Assembly: GCA_048128005.1 (NCBI GenBank)
Contig: JBEUKZ010000030.1
Location: 1 to 64,000 of the forward strand
Reading direction: 5' to 3'
Origin: Veleropilina oligotropha
Lineage: Eukaryota
DNA: 64,000 nucleotides
The notes under the pieces were generated by a model, which saw nothing but the letters and a program-made list of their open reading frames with translations, searched no databases and was not told the origin of the DNA. The translations under genes and the position numbers were made by a program. Below, in pieces: positions 1 to 13,680 of this stretch. Each line of letters begins with the position of its first letter. The stretch's first letter is position 1.

Positions 1-259
1 GACTAAAATATGACCTTTGCTCAACGTTTGGTGATTATAATGGTGTCTATTTTGTTATCAAATACCAATCAATCCGATAACTATATATATCATGAACCGC
101 TTTAGTATCGCTGGATCTTAAAATATCATTTACCTTGTCCTCTGACGTACACAATATGATAAAGTATATCAAGACATCTTGCAGCGAGAACTAGGAAATG
201 ACAACATAGGATGTTGCTCTTAACACAACTGTTGATATACAGTTAATTTACGTTTCTAA

Positions 260-537
260 ATGTCGGCAATAATAGTGTTCCACATTGTGCTGTATACACT
301 AGGATTCGTCGGAGGATGGGTAATATGCATTTCGATGGCTATTGATGTTTTAGACTTTAATGGAATGTGTTTGTTGTATGGTACTGGAACATGGTCCAAG
401 ACTACTTTCAATGCAAGTTTTGGTGCTGGGCCCATATGCCACTTTGTGTTGGGTCTGTCTGCTGCGGTGTCCCTATACAGTCTCATAATGCTGATATACT
501 GCTCAGTTTTGGTGTGTCGACGACAACCAGGTACAAG
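260..537 (+). CDS. TMEM179: TMEM179-family tetraspan membrane protein, coding exon 1 of 4
   Basis: ATG at 260. Translation MSAIIVFHIVLYTLGF...DFNGMCLLYGTGTW...GPICHF matches the TMEM179/179B F-x-G-x-C-x-L-Y motif and has two TM helices. GTAAGT donor at 538 (phase 2). Confidence 0.85.
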
Positions 538-818
538 GTAAGTTCTTACTTCACGAATGTGCACTGAATGCATTTACGCTATATTGCCAAAAGCAAAAAT
601 ATTCACAGACGAATAGCTTATAATTACCTCAGCCAATGAGGCTATGTTGACATCTGTGTCTTGTTTACGTGATTGCGCAAAAGGTTATACACGGATTACT
701 GTAAAATTTGATAACGGATTGATGTCGGGCCAAGGACCAATCCTTTAGAATTTGATGGGGATCTTGATCTGGATGTGATATCGTCATACCTTGTTTTTGA
801 ACCTCTATGACGAATTCT

Positions 819-1050
819 AGGCCGCTTAGTGGTGTACATATTGGATTAGAGCTTGATCTCACTGCTCTATTCATAGGAGTGGGTTTGAATCCTCGGTAGA
901 ACACTTTGTGCGGTTGACAGTCACATTTGTCCAATTACAGTTAGCTATGGTGGCGATCTTGGTCTATCTGACTCCTGCGACAATATCAACATGTCCTGGC
1001 ATGATGCAGATGACTGTTAAAATAGAGTAATAAGCATTGATACAATCCAA
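819..1050 (+). mobile_element. Diverged tRNA-derived SINE (family 2)
   Basis: aggccgctt head, B-box-like ggtttgaatcct, and an acatgtcctg...taagcattgat tail shared with the 42143 and 23295 copies. Confidence 0.5.
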
Positions 1051-1618
1051 GATAAATCATGGTGAAAATTTATTTAAGTCTTTACACAATTACATAGTTA
1101 TTTTTCTGAATATATAGCATCGTCATGTGGTGTACCATTGCTCGAGTTTCGCACAATATCCCAATTACTATCCATCGTAAGTAAAATTGACAATTTGCAT
1201 GGTCCTGATTATGTGTATGTGCATAATAACTTTTTAGGCCCATCAAAATTGTATTTCTTGAAATATTCTAACATGATATGTTTTGGCAGCATATTTTTAC
1301 ATCGTTTCTGACAACACACACACCAACAGACATAAGTATGTATTGAATACAGCCATGCAAGGACTAATTAATCTATGGATAGAGCTCGAACCCTCGGCTG
1401 GGAATTCTTTTTCCATAACTGTTTGGTGCAGGTGAGTTTTCCTGGAGATCGGAGCTTTCCTCCAGTGATAACATGAATATGTCCTTGTATGAACCCGAAT
1501 TTTGCGTAACAACAACCATTTTCGATTCGGGTAAATACGCATTATCCATTGGTATTACAACTGTATAAATTTAGGTCGGTCTTGCGTACTTATCAGCTAC
1601 CATATTATTATATTTCAG

Positions 1619-1759
1619 AGGGCACATGGTCATTCTTCTCCCTATGATATTCAACATTGTATTTTGCGTTTTGACGCTTGTGATGTCATCACTGATCACC
1701 AAGGGATTTCAAGTATTTTGTTATTATATGCAAAAAGATGAAGTTTTGAAAAGATTGGG
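1619..1759 (+). CDS. TMEM179: TMEM179-family protein, coding exon 2
   Basis: tttcag acceptor; phase 2 keeps the frame: (R)GHMVILLPMIFNIVFCVLTLVMSSLITKGFQVFCYYMQKDEVLKRL(G). TM3 plus the G-F-x-x-x-C motif. GTAAGG donor at 1760. Absent from the ORF track. Confidence 0.85.
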
Positions 1760-2539
1760 GTAAGGATTATATATATGGACTGTTCTCTCATCATGAGTGT
1801 GGCACCCTGTTAATTGCTTTGTCAGTGAGTTAACGAACCTTGTTAATTTCACATCACTCTGTTTAATTCAATTGTCTGCATAACAATGAAGAAACCGCCT
1901 CTAGTGTTCCATTGTCTGTAGACCACGCCCATGGTATGTATGTATGGTTCATTCCCACGACGTATACTTTCGCATCTCTAGTTAGTAGCATGACGTCTAC
2001 TTTCACACCTTTAGTTGGGGTTCGTCGCATCTACCTGGATTTGGATTTCAGCCTTGAGCTGAAGCTCACATTCCCTATTCAATTCAATTTATTATTAGCA
2101 TTAAACATTACATGTTTTTAGCCAAATATCATAGAAATATTATGGACAAAGATATGAAATAATGCATCTAGTATAATAATATATTATTTGTGAAATAACA
2201 ATTTGAAGAAGTTACTCATATGTATATAATGAGTTCCACATATCCTATCATTTGACGCAGTTAATGTAATGTTAATGGTACAATATAATATTAATTTTTT
2301 AAGAAGATTTACATATCCAGGTAAATACTATTATAACTATTACATACTCGGTAGAAATTGATACAGTGATGTATAAATAAGTTATATACAATTATGTACA
2401 TTATTATAAAGGTTTCAATGTATATATGCACTTACATATAACGGTATACATAAAAATATATATGGTATATGGCTACATTGATAGTATTAAATAGCTACAA
2501 TGCATCAAAAGATAGTATATTGTACATATATTATTTTTT

Positions 2540-3010
2540 TCTCTATATTTACTGTATTAAATTTTGTCGCTTAGCTATAGCATGTTTCAGATATAGTCCT
2601 AAACGAGAAGCAGTGTTTTTGGAAGTTGTCGCATTGTGGGTCATCTTGTGTAACAAGTTGGTAGTTATTTCAATCGTATGTCTCTGTATATGAGACAGAC
2701 GAGAATGAAATGATACTAATCTTCCATTGAATTTTGCGGACAATATTGACACAGTCTGTCATTCCTTATGACACCATGGAATCTGCCCTCTTCAATAACT
2801 AATTTGCATGTACAACTTCTAAATTGAGATATATATTTGCGAGACAGATTATTAGAGATTGACAGGTAGTTTTCAAAAACAAAATTCTTCTTTATACATA
2901 ACATAAAGGCGCAATTTTGATTTAACTTGTAATGTGTCTTGATCATTCCAATAGATTTCTTGCAGAAGATGCCCAATTTTCAACATTTCTCATTTCGCAG
3001 CGTTTTCGAA
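2540..3010 (-). mobile_element. LINE ORF2 3' end remnant (L2/Crack-like C-terminal zinc finger)
   Basis: ISQFRSCTCKLVIEEGRF...RLCQYC...ED*YHFILVC on the minus strand, with stops. Confidence 0.7.
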
Positions 3011-3289
3011 TGTAGTTATATACAATATAAAGTGAGCTATTTCTATTTTTAAGTATCCTCACCCAGACACTATATTAGTGGATTATTTACTGAACGTTAA
3101 TTATTATTAATAAGTACAAATTCCTTTAATTTACCTTCTAATGAACACTAATCATATTAATGAAAGGCGATTAGTACATGTACACTGTGCTCACATCTGG
3201 TATAAATATACAGGACATTACGATTGTGGTCAATTCATGTTGATAAATCATAATGGCAAATGCAGCTGTAGAGATTCAGATTGTAGCAT

Positions 3290-4215
3290 CAATACGCGGG
3301 ATAGAAATTTATTTTATAATGGATATCGATTCAGAGTAAACAGAAATACAGATGACCGGTGTTCTTGAACAATGCAGTAAAGGATGTAAAGCACGAGTGA
3401 CCACAAGGAATGACATTATGCCAAAAATCAGTGACTTGCCAAATTGTGCTCTTCACAAGAAATGTTGTGTAATGGAACTTTTTATGTGACACCGAGTGTA
3501 TTCGACCAAATATATACGATTCATGCACTGGTTTGTGGACAAACGTATCCACTGATCTATAGTCTATTACCAGACAGGAAATAAACGACATATGGGAGAC
3601 TGTTAACATTGATTAAAAACGCTTCCGAACAACAAGGAAAAGGGCTTGCACCTCATACGATTCAAGGGGACTTTGAGTGGGCATTTCATAGTGCTGTAGG
3701 CGTTGCTTTTCCTTTGTGTCAGATTAAAGGATGCTATTTTCACTATACGCAAACCATTTGGAGAAACGCGCAACGCCATATGCCGCCGTGGCTCAGTGGT
3801 AGTGCACTGGCCTCTCATCGAGAGGTTTGGGGTTCAATCCCCGATCCCGGCGAGTTTCCTTGGGCATGGAATTTAGCATATATGTGCCTCGGTTCACCCA
3901 GTCGATTTAAGATCGAAGTGGGTACCTGGTTGGCAGTGACGAAAATTGGCAGTATGACAAGTCTTATGCGCCTATAAATGGCAGCTTGGCTGGAATGGAC
4001 TCAAAGAGAGTTGAGATGGAATCTCGAATAGAACAGGTCGGTAACCAGGGAATAATAATGATGTAGCGCTTTGAGCAAGCATTCGTGCATTAAAAATCGC
4101 AATATAAAAAAGTCTCATTATTATTTTGGGTTGGCTACCCTGTATCGCGACGATCCGGAAGTAAACCGCCTTGTTCGAAGAGCAGTCATATTATCTTTGA
4201 CACCGTTGGAAGAAA
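3290..4215 (+). mobile_element. Degenerate MULE (Mutator-like) transposase, split by a SINE
   Basis: FLYWCH-like LFYNGYRF, then DFEWAFHSAVGVAFPLCQIKGCYFHYTQTIWRNAQRH. The frame resumes after the SINE as GLATLYRDDPEV, matching the MULE GCxFH...WR..Q.LGL...Y motif. Confidence 0.75.
3782..4126 (+). mobile_element. tRNA-derived SINE family 1 (CORE-like centre, L2-type tail)
   Basis: A box tggctcagtgg, B box ggttcaatcc, ccttgggca...cacccag...gggtacctgg centre, agcgctttgag...(tta)n tail. Related copies at 19921, 30868 and 44718. Confidence 0.8.
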
Positions 4216-5351
4216 CAGGAAAATGGCGCCTTTTTATAAAGATTAAATTATTATATATTAATTTTGTCTTCATGTCATTTTTATTATTTTTGTCCTATTT
4301 TGATTCTTGTCTTCTTGTCATTTTCATTATTTCTTATATTTTGTCTCTCAATATTCAACATTGTAGTTCTTAATTACTTCATGCACTGTGGCATTCACAC
4401 CTTTCCTAGTGGCATAACGTATATCTGACACCTATAATATGTAACATTAGAAGTATACGTCATGAGAAGACCCCGTATGCAATTAATTGTGCTCAACGTG
4501 ATGCATTTTGCTGACGACCCCTGCAAAATATATATATATAATATATAAAATATCAACACATCACGTTAGTGATTAAATTGTTGGTTTCGTTCCAAAATCC
4601 TTAATGAGAAATGTTTTCGGTTTTAATTTGTGCTGGCCCATTTATCATTGCCTATTATAATAACAATGAACATTATTTCTAATATGTTTCAAATGTATTA
4701 TCCACAATGATTCCACTCCTGCTGGTTTTGGTTAGTACAAAATATCCTATTGAACACCCGTTAGGGTCATGCCAGAACTGTTATAACTCTAGTAATCGTT
4801 AATTTTAATTCGACACAGTCAATATGACAACTTCAAAATTACACATATTCATGATGTCACGTCTTTACAATTACCTATATTTTGGTTGCAACAGATATTG
4901 ACATACATTCTATTGAAACCAAGTCAGTGATCATTGTGAATTGTTTGTATATGTTGACAATTCCTTCAGAATTTTATTTTGCATTGAAAGTGCTAGAACA
5001 GTAACATCATCACACAAAAGTCATTCTCTTGACTCATTTCATCCGGAATTACTGGTTCGACTTCCGGTTAAATACTCTTCAGAATTATTAGTCAAAGTAT
5101 TCCATAACTGACAGAAGCATTTGGGTTTCACTATAGATTTCATGCCATGATAATATGGATAGCTATTAAAATGGGACAATGAAGTCAGATCATATAATAT
5201 ATACTACAATCTGTTTTAGGTTCCAATGAGAAATACACACTGTAAAACACAGATGTACATTATAAATCTTCCAGAAATTCATTTTAATGACATGATGGCA
5301 AAGTTACAACAATTTTATTTTGTCATGAATATAGCATGGATTGGCACTGTC

Positions 5352-5425
5352 CTTAGGCCAATTAAAATTAATTGTGTGTTACCGGTAACCCGACCGACCC
5401 TATTATTTTAGACCCGACCCTAAAA
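5352..5425 (+). mobile_element. Possible Zator-like terminal repeat fragment
   Basis: tta|ggccaattaaaa...cccgaccgaccc terminus pattern; no partner end found. Confidence 0.35.
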
Positions 5426-8400
5426 ATATATCGGCTTTGTCAATTATATGGCAGGTTTAAAATTAGTAAATATACAGTTTGTAAATGATATTTAATATCT
5501 TTTTTCTAATTCTTTTTTAGCAGCTGCATCTGATCTATTTTTCCAGTGATGCCCACATGACTTGTTACCCAACAAACAAAAATATAATGATCAGTGATAC
5601 CGTCCTTTAGTTCGATAATTTTCAAAATGTAAGTGACTGACGAAACTTCCTTGAATTAATTGAATAATAAAGTATAAGATTATTGATTTTAAAAATCAAT
5701 CGAAATATTTTGAAACAAGGAGCCGTAATTCGGTAAACACCCACACCAGACATCTCAAATGTTGACCAGTGACAGAGTGGGACAATACCAACAACTTTGT
5801 CGATGGTTTTTTGGTGGTAGAGCAAATGTACAGCGTTTTGCTCCAAAGTTAAAATAATCGAGAGGTTGCGATATATCGAATAAATCTTTTTTTTGCATAA
5901 CATAGTCACATAATTTACACTTATAAGCAAGCATATAGCAATCTACATGTCCTAAAAATTTCATTCAGATCCATGCAGTATTCAACGAGATCTGGCCAGT
6001 TAAGTTTTTACCAACATTGGCGATTTTCATGAAATTGAGAAAATGTGAAAGGTGTTTCCCTTTGTTACAAATATGCTAAATAGCCTGTCTTTTCGTGGTC
6101 CTTCATATGGCTGAATGGTTAACACCGGGAACAAGTTCGATTCACATCAAAGGAGACTAAAATGTTTTTTTATTTATTTCATTTCTTCAAGCTATTATAT
6201 CTGATATACCATCGTAATACATGTCTTAATAATAATGGACGATAAATTTTATTTTAAATATAAAAAATAAAGAATTATTGTCATATATAGTTTTAAATGT
6301 GGACATATATCATGTCCAAGTATACTGAATATGTATGACAATTTCACATACCCGGTATGCGTATTTCATTTGTGTTCGTTGTTTACGAGCCGGAGATTGC
6401 CGACTAAACCCGAAACGTTCATTGTTATATAATCGACAACACCTCGTAGAATCCGTGCCTTTGGTTGTGTCTCTGGCGATTTTGATAGTAGCGCCGACTG
6501 ACTGTTGACTGAATGTTTTGAACGGCTTAGTAAATCTTAGGTCGCAAAAGTTTGCGTTGTTATACGTTATTAAACTACGTTCATCGTGAACAAATTTGTA
6601 CCCAGCTGCAGGTAGGGGCACCTTTACCTGGCAACGTTCACCTGTCAAATGATATCAGAGAGCTGTTTATTCGAAACGAGGTAATTACAGTCTCGCACAT
6701 TTAATTAATCTGCGGAACATCCCGGAAGTAGAACTTCCCGTGCTGCCTAATCTCTATAAAACTATGTCAAACCTATTTTGCGGCAGTGGACATTTAATAT
6801 CTCTTCCGAGCGGACAAGAATTTGAGCGTGTGAATTTATTTTAAGTTAATTTCCAACCTTTTATTTATTATCGTGACGTCACAGTATATAGAATGTGATT
6901 TTGTATACAAGATATATCTTTTGACCAATTGTTTAGAAGGTCAAATATTTTAATACTAATTATAGATCATTTTGAATTGGTTTTTTCGCCGTCAAAGGAT
7001 CCATCTCATTCATTTAGTTATTATTTAAACTTTTGTAACATCAAAAATGCGGATTGCGGATTAGTGCGGAAATTTTCGTAATTAAAGCGACTTATTGTGT
7101 TGTACATAGAATTATTTTCCGTAGCCCACAATTTTTAACGATTCAACCTTTTCATATAACCCTGACATGACGTCATCAGACTTTGCACTTCCATTACCAG
7201 TCATAAACAGCGAACGTAGTCGACAAGTGTGTGGTAAGAAATGAGGTCTAACTCTATTTTAGCGTATGGGTGAGTGATTAATTATAGTAATATATCTTCC
7301 ATATGGTGACTGTTTTCATCACGACACATCACCATCGTGTTGATGGTGAAATTAGTACGATTTTTATGTGCCATGGGTGTCCCTACTGCAGGTAATATTC
7401 TGCTCTATTATCTGTTGAACGACTATATTTGTAATATTGTATATTATTTATAATTTAGTTTCTTATACATATTGCCTGGAATATTAGTGTCCTGTGGGAT
7501 GTTGCATGACTGAGGCATAAGCCCCGTTTGCACTACCAAATATAATGAGCATTAAAATATATCGGTGTTACGGCCAAACAGTCATTTTTGTTTTATATGA
7601 AATATATCCCTTATGAGCATCCGTATTGTTTGTTAAGCTACGACCCGCATCGGGGTCACGGTTGTTGAGCCAATGATTGTGAGGTGCACGCTTTACGAAT
7701 GCTGTGAAATGTCCAAGCCCGACAATTGTGCATAGCAACAGTGAGGCCTACAAAACGGTAATATATCTAAAATCGTATATATAAGGTTTAAATTGTTGTT
7801 TTGCAAACGTATGGTCTTTAATAAATGTGTTATGTGTATAAAGTTGTTGTGAACAATACTTGTGAAAGTTACTAGTAGACAGTTAATGAAATACCCGATT
7901 GTTTACAGTTAGCCACAATTATCGAATATATAATATATTGCCTAACGAGTAAATATTGAATTTAATTAGTATTTCATGTAATACTTATATTGTTGTGAAT
8001 TTATATTGATATAAGATTCAAAAGACTTCTTTAATTTGTTATTTCAATGAATCATCATCGTTGTCCTCAAATGATAATCGACAAGCGAATAGATAATGAA
8101 CGAATCTGTACCATATGTGAATAAATCGAGAAAAAGATTGACACCATTTACTAGACTTGTGTTTATTCATACGACTTGAAATCCGGAGGTACAATCGGTT
8201 TCGAACCGGATTATTTTGGTAGTATACACAGGGCTTTAGTCTGGATTTTTACGCCCGTTGCACATCTCGGTCGCAGCTTACGTTTGACTAAAGATACGCT
8301 CAAAATGTTAGTTCTGGTATCGGGTATTCGTAAGATGGTCGTACGTTTAAATGCTCACATTGATGAATATTTTTTCGTCATCGGCTTAGTCAATACCATA

Positions 8401-8551
8401 TTTAAGATGGTACTTGTATGTAAAGCAGCTACGGCCTCACAAGCAAACTTGTATGATTTAGAAACATTATAGGCCTATAATTATGTTATTGATTTACCGA
8501 TAGAGACTTACCAATGATATTTTCCTGTCTTTCATTCACCTCTTTATTATT

Positions 8552-10575
8552 TAGTGGGGCGTTCAGTGCGCGTTTTATGGGCGATTAGTGTGGCATTTAG
8601 CGGAGCGTTTTGTGGGGCGTTTAGAGGGGCGTTTAATGGGCGTTTAATGTGGCGTTTAGTAGACGTTTAATGGGGCGCTTAGTATGGCGTTTAGTTTATC
8701 GTTTAATGGGTCGTTTAGTGGACGTTTAGTGGGACCATTAGTGCGGCGGTTAATGTGGTGTTTATAGGGGCGTTTATTGGGGGGGGGGGAGGGTTAGTGG
8801 GACGTTTACTGGGCGTTTAGTGTGGCGTTTAGTAGGTGCTTAGTGGAACGTTTAGTGGGGAGTTTAGTAAGACGTTTAGTGGGAGGATTAGTGGGCGTTC
8901 AGTGGGGCATTTAGTGTGGCCTTTAGTCGTGCGTTTAGTGGGCGTTTAGTGGGGCGTTTAGAGGGCGTTTAGTGGACATTTAGTGGGAGTTTAACGGGGC
9001 GTTTAATGGGGCGTTTAGTGGGAGTTTAATGAGGCGTTTATTGGGCGTTTAGTCTGACGTTTAGTGGGCTTTAATGGGGCGTTTAGTGTGGCCTTTAGTG
9101 GGCTTTAATGGGGCGTTTAGTGTGAGACGTTTAGCGGGCGTTTAGTGGGCGTTTAGTGTGACGATTAGTGGAGCGTTTAGTGGACGTTTAGTGGACAGAA
9201 AGTGTAGCGTTTAGTAGGCATTTAGGGGGAGTTTAGTGTGACGATTAGTGGACGTTTAGCGAGGCGTTTAATGGGCGTTTAGTTGGGGTTTAGTGTGACC
9301 TTTAGTGGGCGATTAGTGGGGCGTTTAATGTGCAGTAAGTGTGGCGTTTAGTGGACGTTTAGTGGGCTGTTAGTGCGGCCTTTAGTGGGGCGTTTAGTGG
9401 GGTGTGAAGTGGACATTTATTGGGCGGATAGCGTGGCGTTTAGTGTGGAGTTTTGTGTGGCGTTTGCTGGCCGTGTTGTGGGGCGTGTAGTTAGCGTTTA
9501 GTGGTTCGTTAAGTGGGCGTTTAGCGAGGCGTTTAGTGGGCGTTTAGCGGAGCGTTTATTGGACGATTAACGAGCGTTTAGTGATGTGTTTAGTGGGTCG
9601 TTTTGTGGGTGTTTAGTGGGCGTTAAGTGTGGCGTTTAGTGGGGCGTTTACTGTTGCGTTTAGTAGGGCATTTGGTGGGCGTTTAATGTGGCGTTTAGAG
9701 GACGTTTAGTGGGGCGTTTTGTGGGGCATTTAGCAGGCGATTATTGAGGCATTAAGTGGGCGTTTAGTGGCGCGTTTTGTGTGGAGTTTATTGGGCGTTT
9801 AGTGGGGAGTTTAGTGGGTGTTTAGTGGGTCGTTTAGTAGGACGTTTAGTGGGAGTTTATTGAGGCGTTTAGTTGGACGTTTATTGACGTTTAGTTGGCG
9901 TTTAGTGGGCGCTTAGTGGGGCGTTTAGTGGAGAGTTTAGTGGGCGTTTAGTGGATCGTTTGGTGGGTTTGGAATTTAGTAGCCGTTTAGTTGGGCGTTT
10001 TTGTTGGCTTTTAGTGGGAATTTAGTGGGGAGTTTAGTGGGCGTTTAATGGGCGTTTAGCGAGGCGTTTAGTGGGTCGTTTAGTGGGAGTTTAGTGGGTC
10101 GTTTCGTGGGTGGTTTAGTTGGACTTTTAGTGGGCGTTTAATGGGTGTTTAGTGGGCTTTTAGTGGAGCGTTTAGTGGGCATTTATAGGGGCGTTTGGTG
10201 GGGCATTTATTGTGGCGTTTAGTGGGCGTTTAGTGAGGGGTTTAGCGGGCGTTTTGGGGCGTTTAGTTGGGCGTTCAATGGACGTTTTGTGGGCGATTAG
10301 TGTGGAGTTTTGTGGGGTGTTTAGTTGGCGTTTAGTGGGCGTTTAATGTGGCGTTTAGTGGGATGTATATTGGGGCGTTTATTGAGGCGATTAGTGAGGC
10401 ACTTAGTGTGTTTAATGGGGCGCATAGGTGTGCTTAGCGGGACGTTTAATGGGCGTTTAATGTGTGTTTTGTGGGGCGTTTATTGTGGAGTTTATGGTGC
10501 GTTTATTTGGTTTTTGTGTGGCGTTTAGTGAGGCGTTTAGACGGACATTTAATGGGACGTTTAGTGGGATTTTAG
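8552..10575 (+). repeat. Degenerate 11-12 bp G/T-rich tandem repeat, consensus about TTTAGTGGG(G)CG
   Basis: About 2 kb of visible tandem units with strong strand asymmetry. Confidence 0.95.
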
Positions 10576-13500
10576 TGACCTTTATCTTTGACCTTGGATG
10601 ACCTAGAGAGATGAAAATGACCTATTAAGCAGAACTGTTCCAAAATGATGTATAAAATATTCGAAATCGAGAGGGCATTCAAACGTGACCATGATCTGTT
10701 ACTTATGAATTTGGTGACATGGAAGCCGTATAACTGCTTGTTGTTCTAGTTATTATTATTATTTTTCCTCTGTCTCAGATAAACAGCAATTACTCGAAAA
10801 CTACGCAAGGCAAATATTTCCAATTTTAAGGTAGGATAGAGTCATGCGGGTGACAAATGTTGACGTGTAAATGGATCTCATTTTTCAAATATTTTGGCGG
10901 CCATTTTGATTATTGTTAAAATCTATTTACATCTTCTCCTCGAAAACCGCTAATCCGATTGTGGTAAAATTTTGCGAACTAAATCTGTACATTATGGCGA
11001 TGACATGGTGATCATTTCGTAGCGGTACCGTGCCCAAGATGGCCACCGGAGGGATTGAAAGTTATGACATTAGAGGGTCAATTTTTATTTCGTCAAATCG
11101 AAATAAATTACGTAATTTCGTAATGAAAAATGTAGTTCTGATGAAACTATAATGTTATCAGCCAAAAAATTAGAAATAAATGTGAAATGTGAAAATTAGA
11201 ACCATTTTAAGAATTAATCGAAATATTTTGTAACAAAGGGAACTAACTCGGTAACCACTCACACCAGACATCTCAAATTTTGACAGGTGACAGAGTGGGA
11301 CATTATCAACAACTTTCTCACATTATTTGTGATGTCAGTGAAAATTTATATCCGTAAGTTTTGCTTCTAAGTTAAAATATTCGACTGGTTGCGATATTTC
11401 GAATAAATATTTTTTACTTAACATGGTCATATAATTTACTCTGACAAGCAAGCATACAATAATCTACAAGTCCTGAACATTTCATGCAGATCCAAGCAGT
11501 ATTTATCGATTTATTGCGATTTAAATTTTTCTCAAAGTCGGGAATTTTTAAGAATTTGATCTATTGACATCGTTATAAATACGTTCAAATCAACACGAAA
11601 TTATGCAATCAAAGCAATGACTATCGATTTCAAGGTTGGTTATCAGGTTTATTGAGCAACAAAATAGAGTTCGTATAAATTTGGTGTTATTCTGTTCAGT
11701 TGGTCCATCCGTTTGTTTGTCCGTCCATATAAATGACAAGAACAGGATTTAATGAGAACTGTAAGGATGTAAGCGGTCAAATTAAGTATGCAGGCTCATT
11801 GAGCCATAATCTAGACATCTATTGAATTTGGTGTTATACAGATCAGTTGGTCCGTCTGTTTGTCTGTCTGTCAGTCTGTCTGTCCATATAGACTTGGGTG
11901 GGTTTTTAAATGTGACTTTGAACATCAATGACTTTGATAACCAAAAATAACAATTCAAGATAATTGGTAAAAAATGGCATATGATTATTTGGGACATATT
12001 GAGACGACTGTATATGAAGACTTTGACCTTTGACCTCGGATGACCTAGATAGCCGAAAATGACCCAATTGCTCACAAAATAAGTAATTATGATGTAACAA
12101 CATATGTAACGTCATGGAAGTTTTCTAATTCGACATTGACATTTTGACCTCGGATGATCTAGATAACCAAAAATGACTAAGTGAACGAAAATTGGCAAAA
12201 ACAGATTTTTGACATTTACGACATATTAAGTAGGCTTTATAAGGTGACCTAGATGTTTGACCTTGGATGACCTAGATAGCCGAAATTTACCCAATTGTTT
12301 AACAAATGATCGATTATGATGTAACAACACATGTGATGTCATGGAAATTTTCTAATTCGATTTTGACCGTTGACATTGGATGACCTAGATACCCAAAAGT
12401 GATGTAATTTACGAAAATTGGCAAAAATAACCAATGAACATTTAGGACATATTAAGTAGGCTTTATAAGGTGACCTTGACCCTTGACCTTTGATGACCTA
12501 GATATCCGAAAATGTCCTAAATGCTAAAAAAACGGGTAATAATGATGTAGGAACACATGTGAAGCCATGGAAGTTTTATAATGAGACCTTGACCTTTGAA
12601 CACGGATGACCTAGATACTCAAAAATGATATAATTAACGAAAATTGGCAAAAAATACCCTATGGACTTTAAGTAGGCTTTCTATGGTGAGCTTGACCTTT
12701 GACCTTGGTTGACCTAGATACCCGAAAATGGCATAATACTAAAAAATACGTATTAATGATGTAGGAACATATATACAGCTATGAAGTTTTATAATGAGAC
12801 CTTGACCTTTGACATCAGATGACCTAGATACCTCAAAATGATATAATTAACGAACATTGGCAAAAAATAACCTATGGACATACTAAGTAGGCTTTCTATG
12901 GTGACCTTGACCTTTGACCTTGGATGACATAGATATCTGAAAATGACCTAATTACTAAATATGCGTAATAATAATGTAGCAACATGTGTGAAGCCATGAA
13001 AGTTTATAATTTATACATTGACCTTTGACCTCGGATGACCTAGATAACCGAAAATGACAATTTACGAAAATTGGTAAAAATGGGGTATGAACATTAGTGG
13101 CATATTGAACCAGCTTCCAAATTTGACCTTGACCTTTGCCTCAGAAGACCTAGATATCCGAAAATGACAATTAATAAAAAGCTGCTCAAAATTGATTTAA
13201 TTAATTAAAATAGGTATAAATAATATGTAAGTATTTGGGACAAATTAGGAGTCTTTTCGGACATAACCTTGACTTTTGAATTCGGATGACCTAGATAGCC
13301 GAAAATGATTGATAAACAGAAATGCGCCAAAATGATGTATAAAATTGCACAAAGTCAAGGGGCATTCAAACGTGACCATGGCCTGTTACTTATTAATTTG
13401 TTTACATTGGAAGCTGCATAACTGATTGCAGTTCTAATTATTATTATTTTTCCTCTCTTTTTTAAACAGCAATTACTCTGAAACTACGTAAGATACACAT

Positions 13501-13680
13501 TTCAAATTTTCAGGTATGATAGTGGAATGCGGGGGACAAATGTTGATGTGAAACTTGATCTCATTGGTCAAACATTTTGGTGGTCATTCTGATCATTGCT
13601 AAAATCTATTTAAATCTTCTCCTCAAAAACCGCTAATCCGATAATGGTGAAATCTTGTAAACCAAATCTGTATATTATGG
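10576..13680. mobile_element. Helitron/Helentron-associated non-autonomous repeat with internal ~110-bp tandem array
   Basis: gatgacctagat / gaccttgacctttgacc recurs every ~110 bp (12.0-13.3 kb). Block 10600-11000 repeats at 13290-13680 and continues at 15943 after the CR1. Part is also copied at ~5620-6010. Confidence 0.6.

Noticed and set aside
7030..7910. Possible solo LTR
   Set aside because: TG/CA candidates and an AATAAA exist, but no matching TSD or second copy could be found.
12000..13330. CRISPR-like regularly spaced motif
   Set aside because: The intervening sequences are homologous to each other, the context is eukaryotic, and there are no cas genes.
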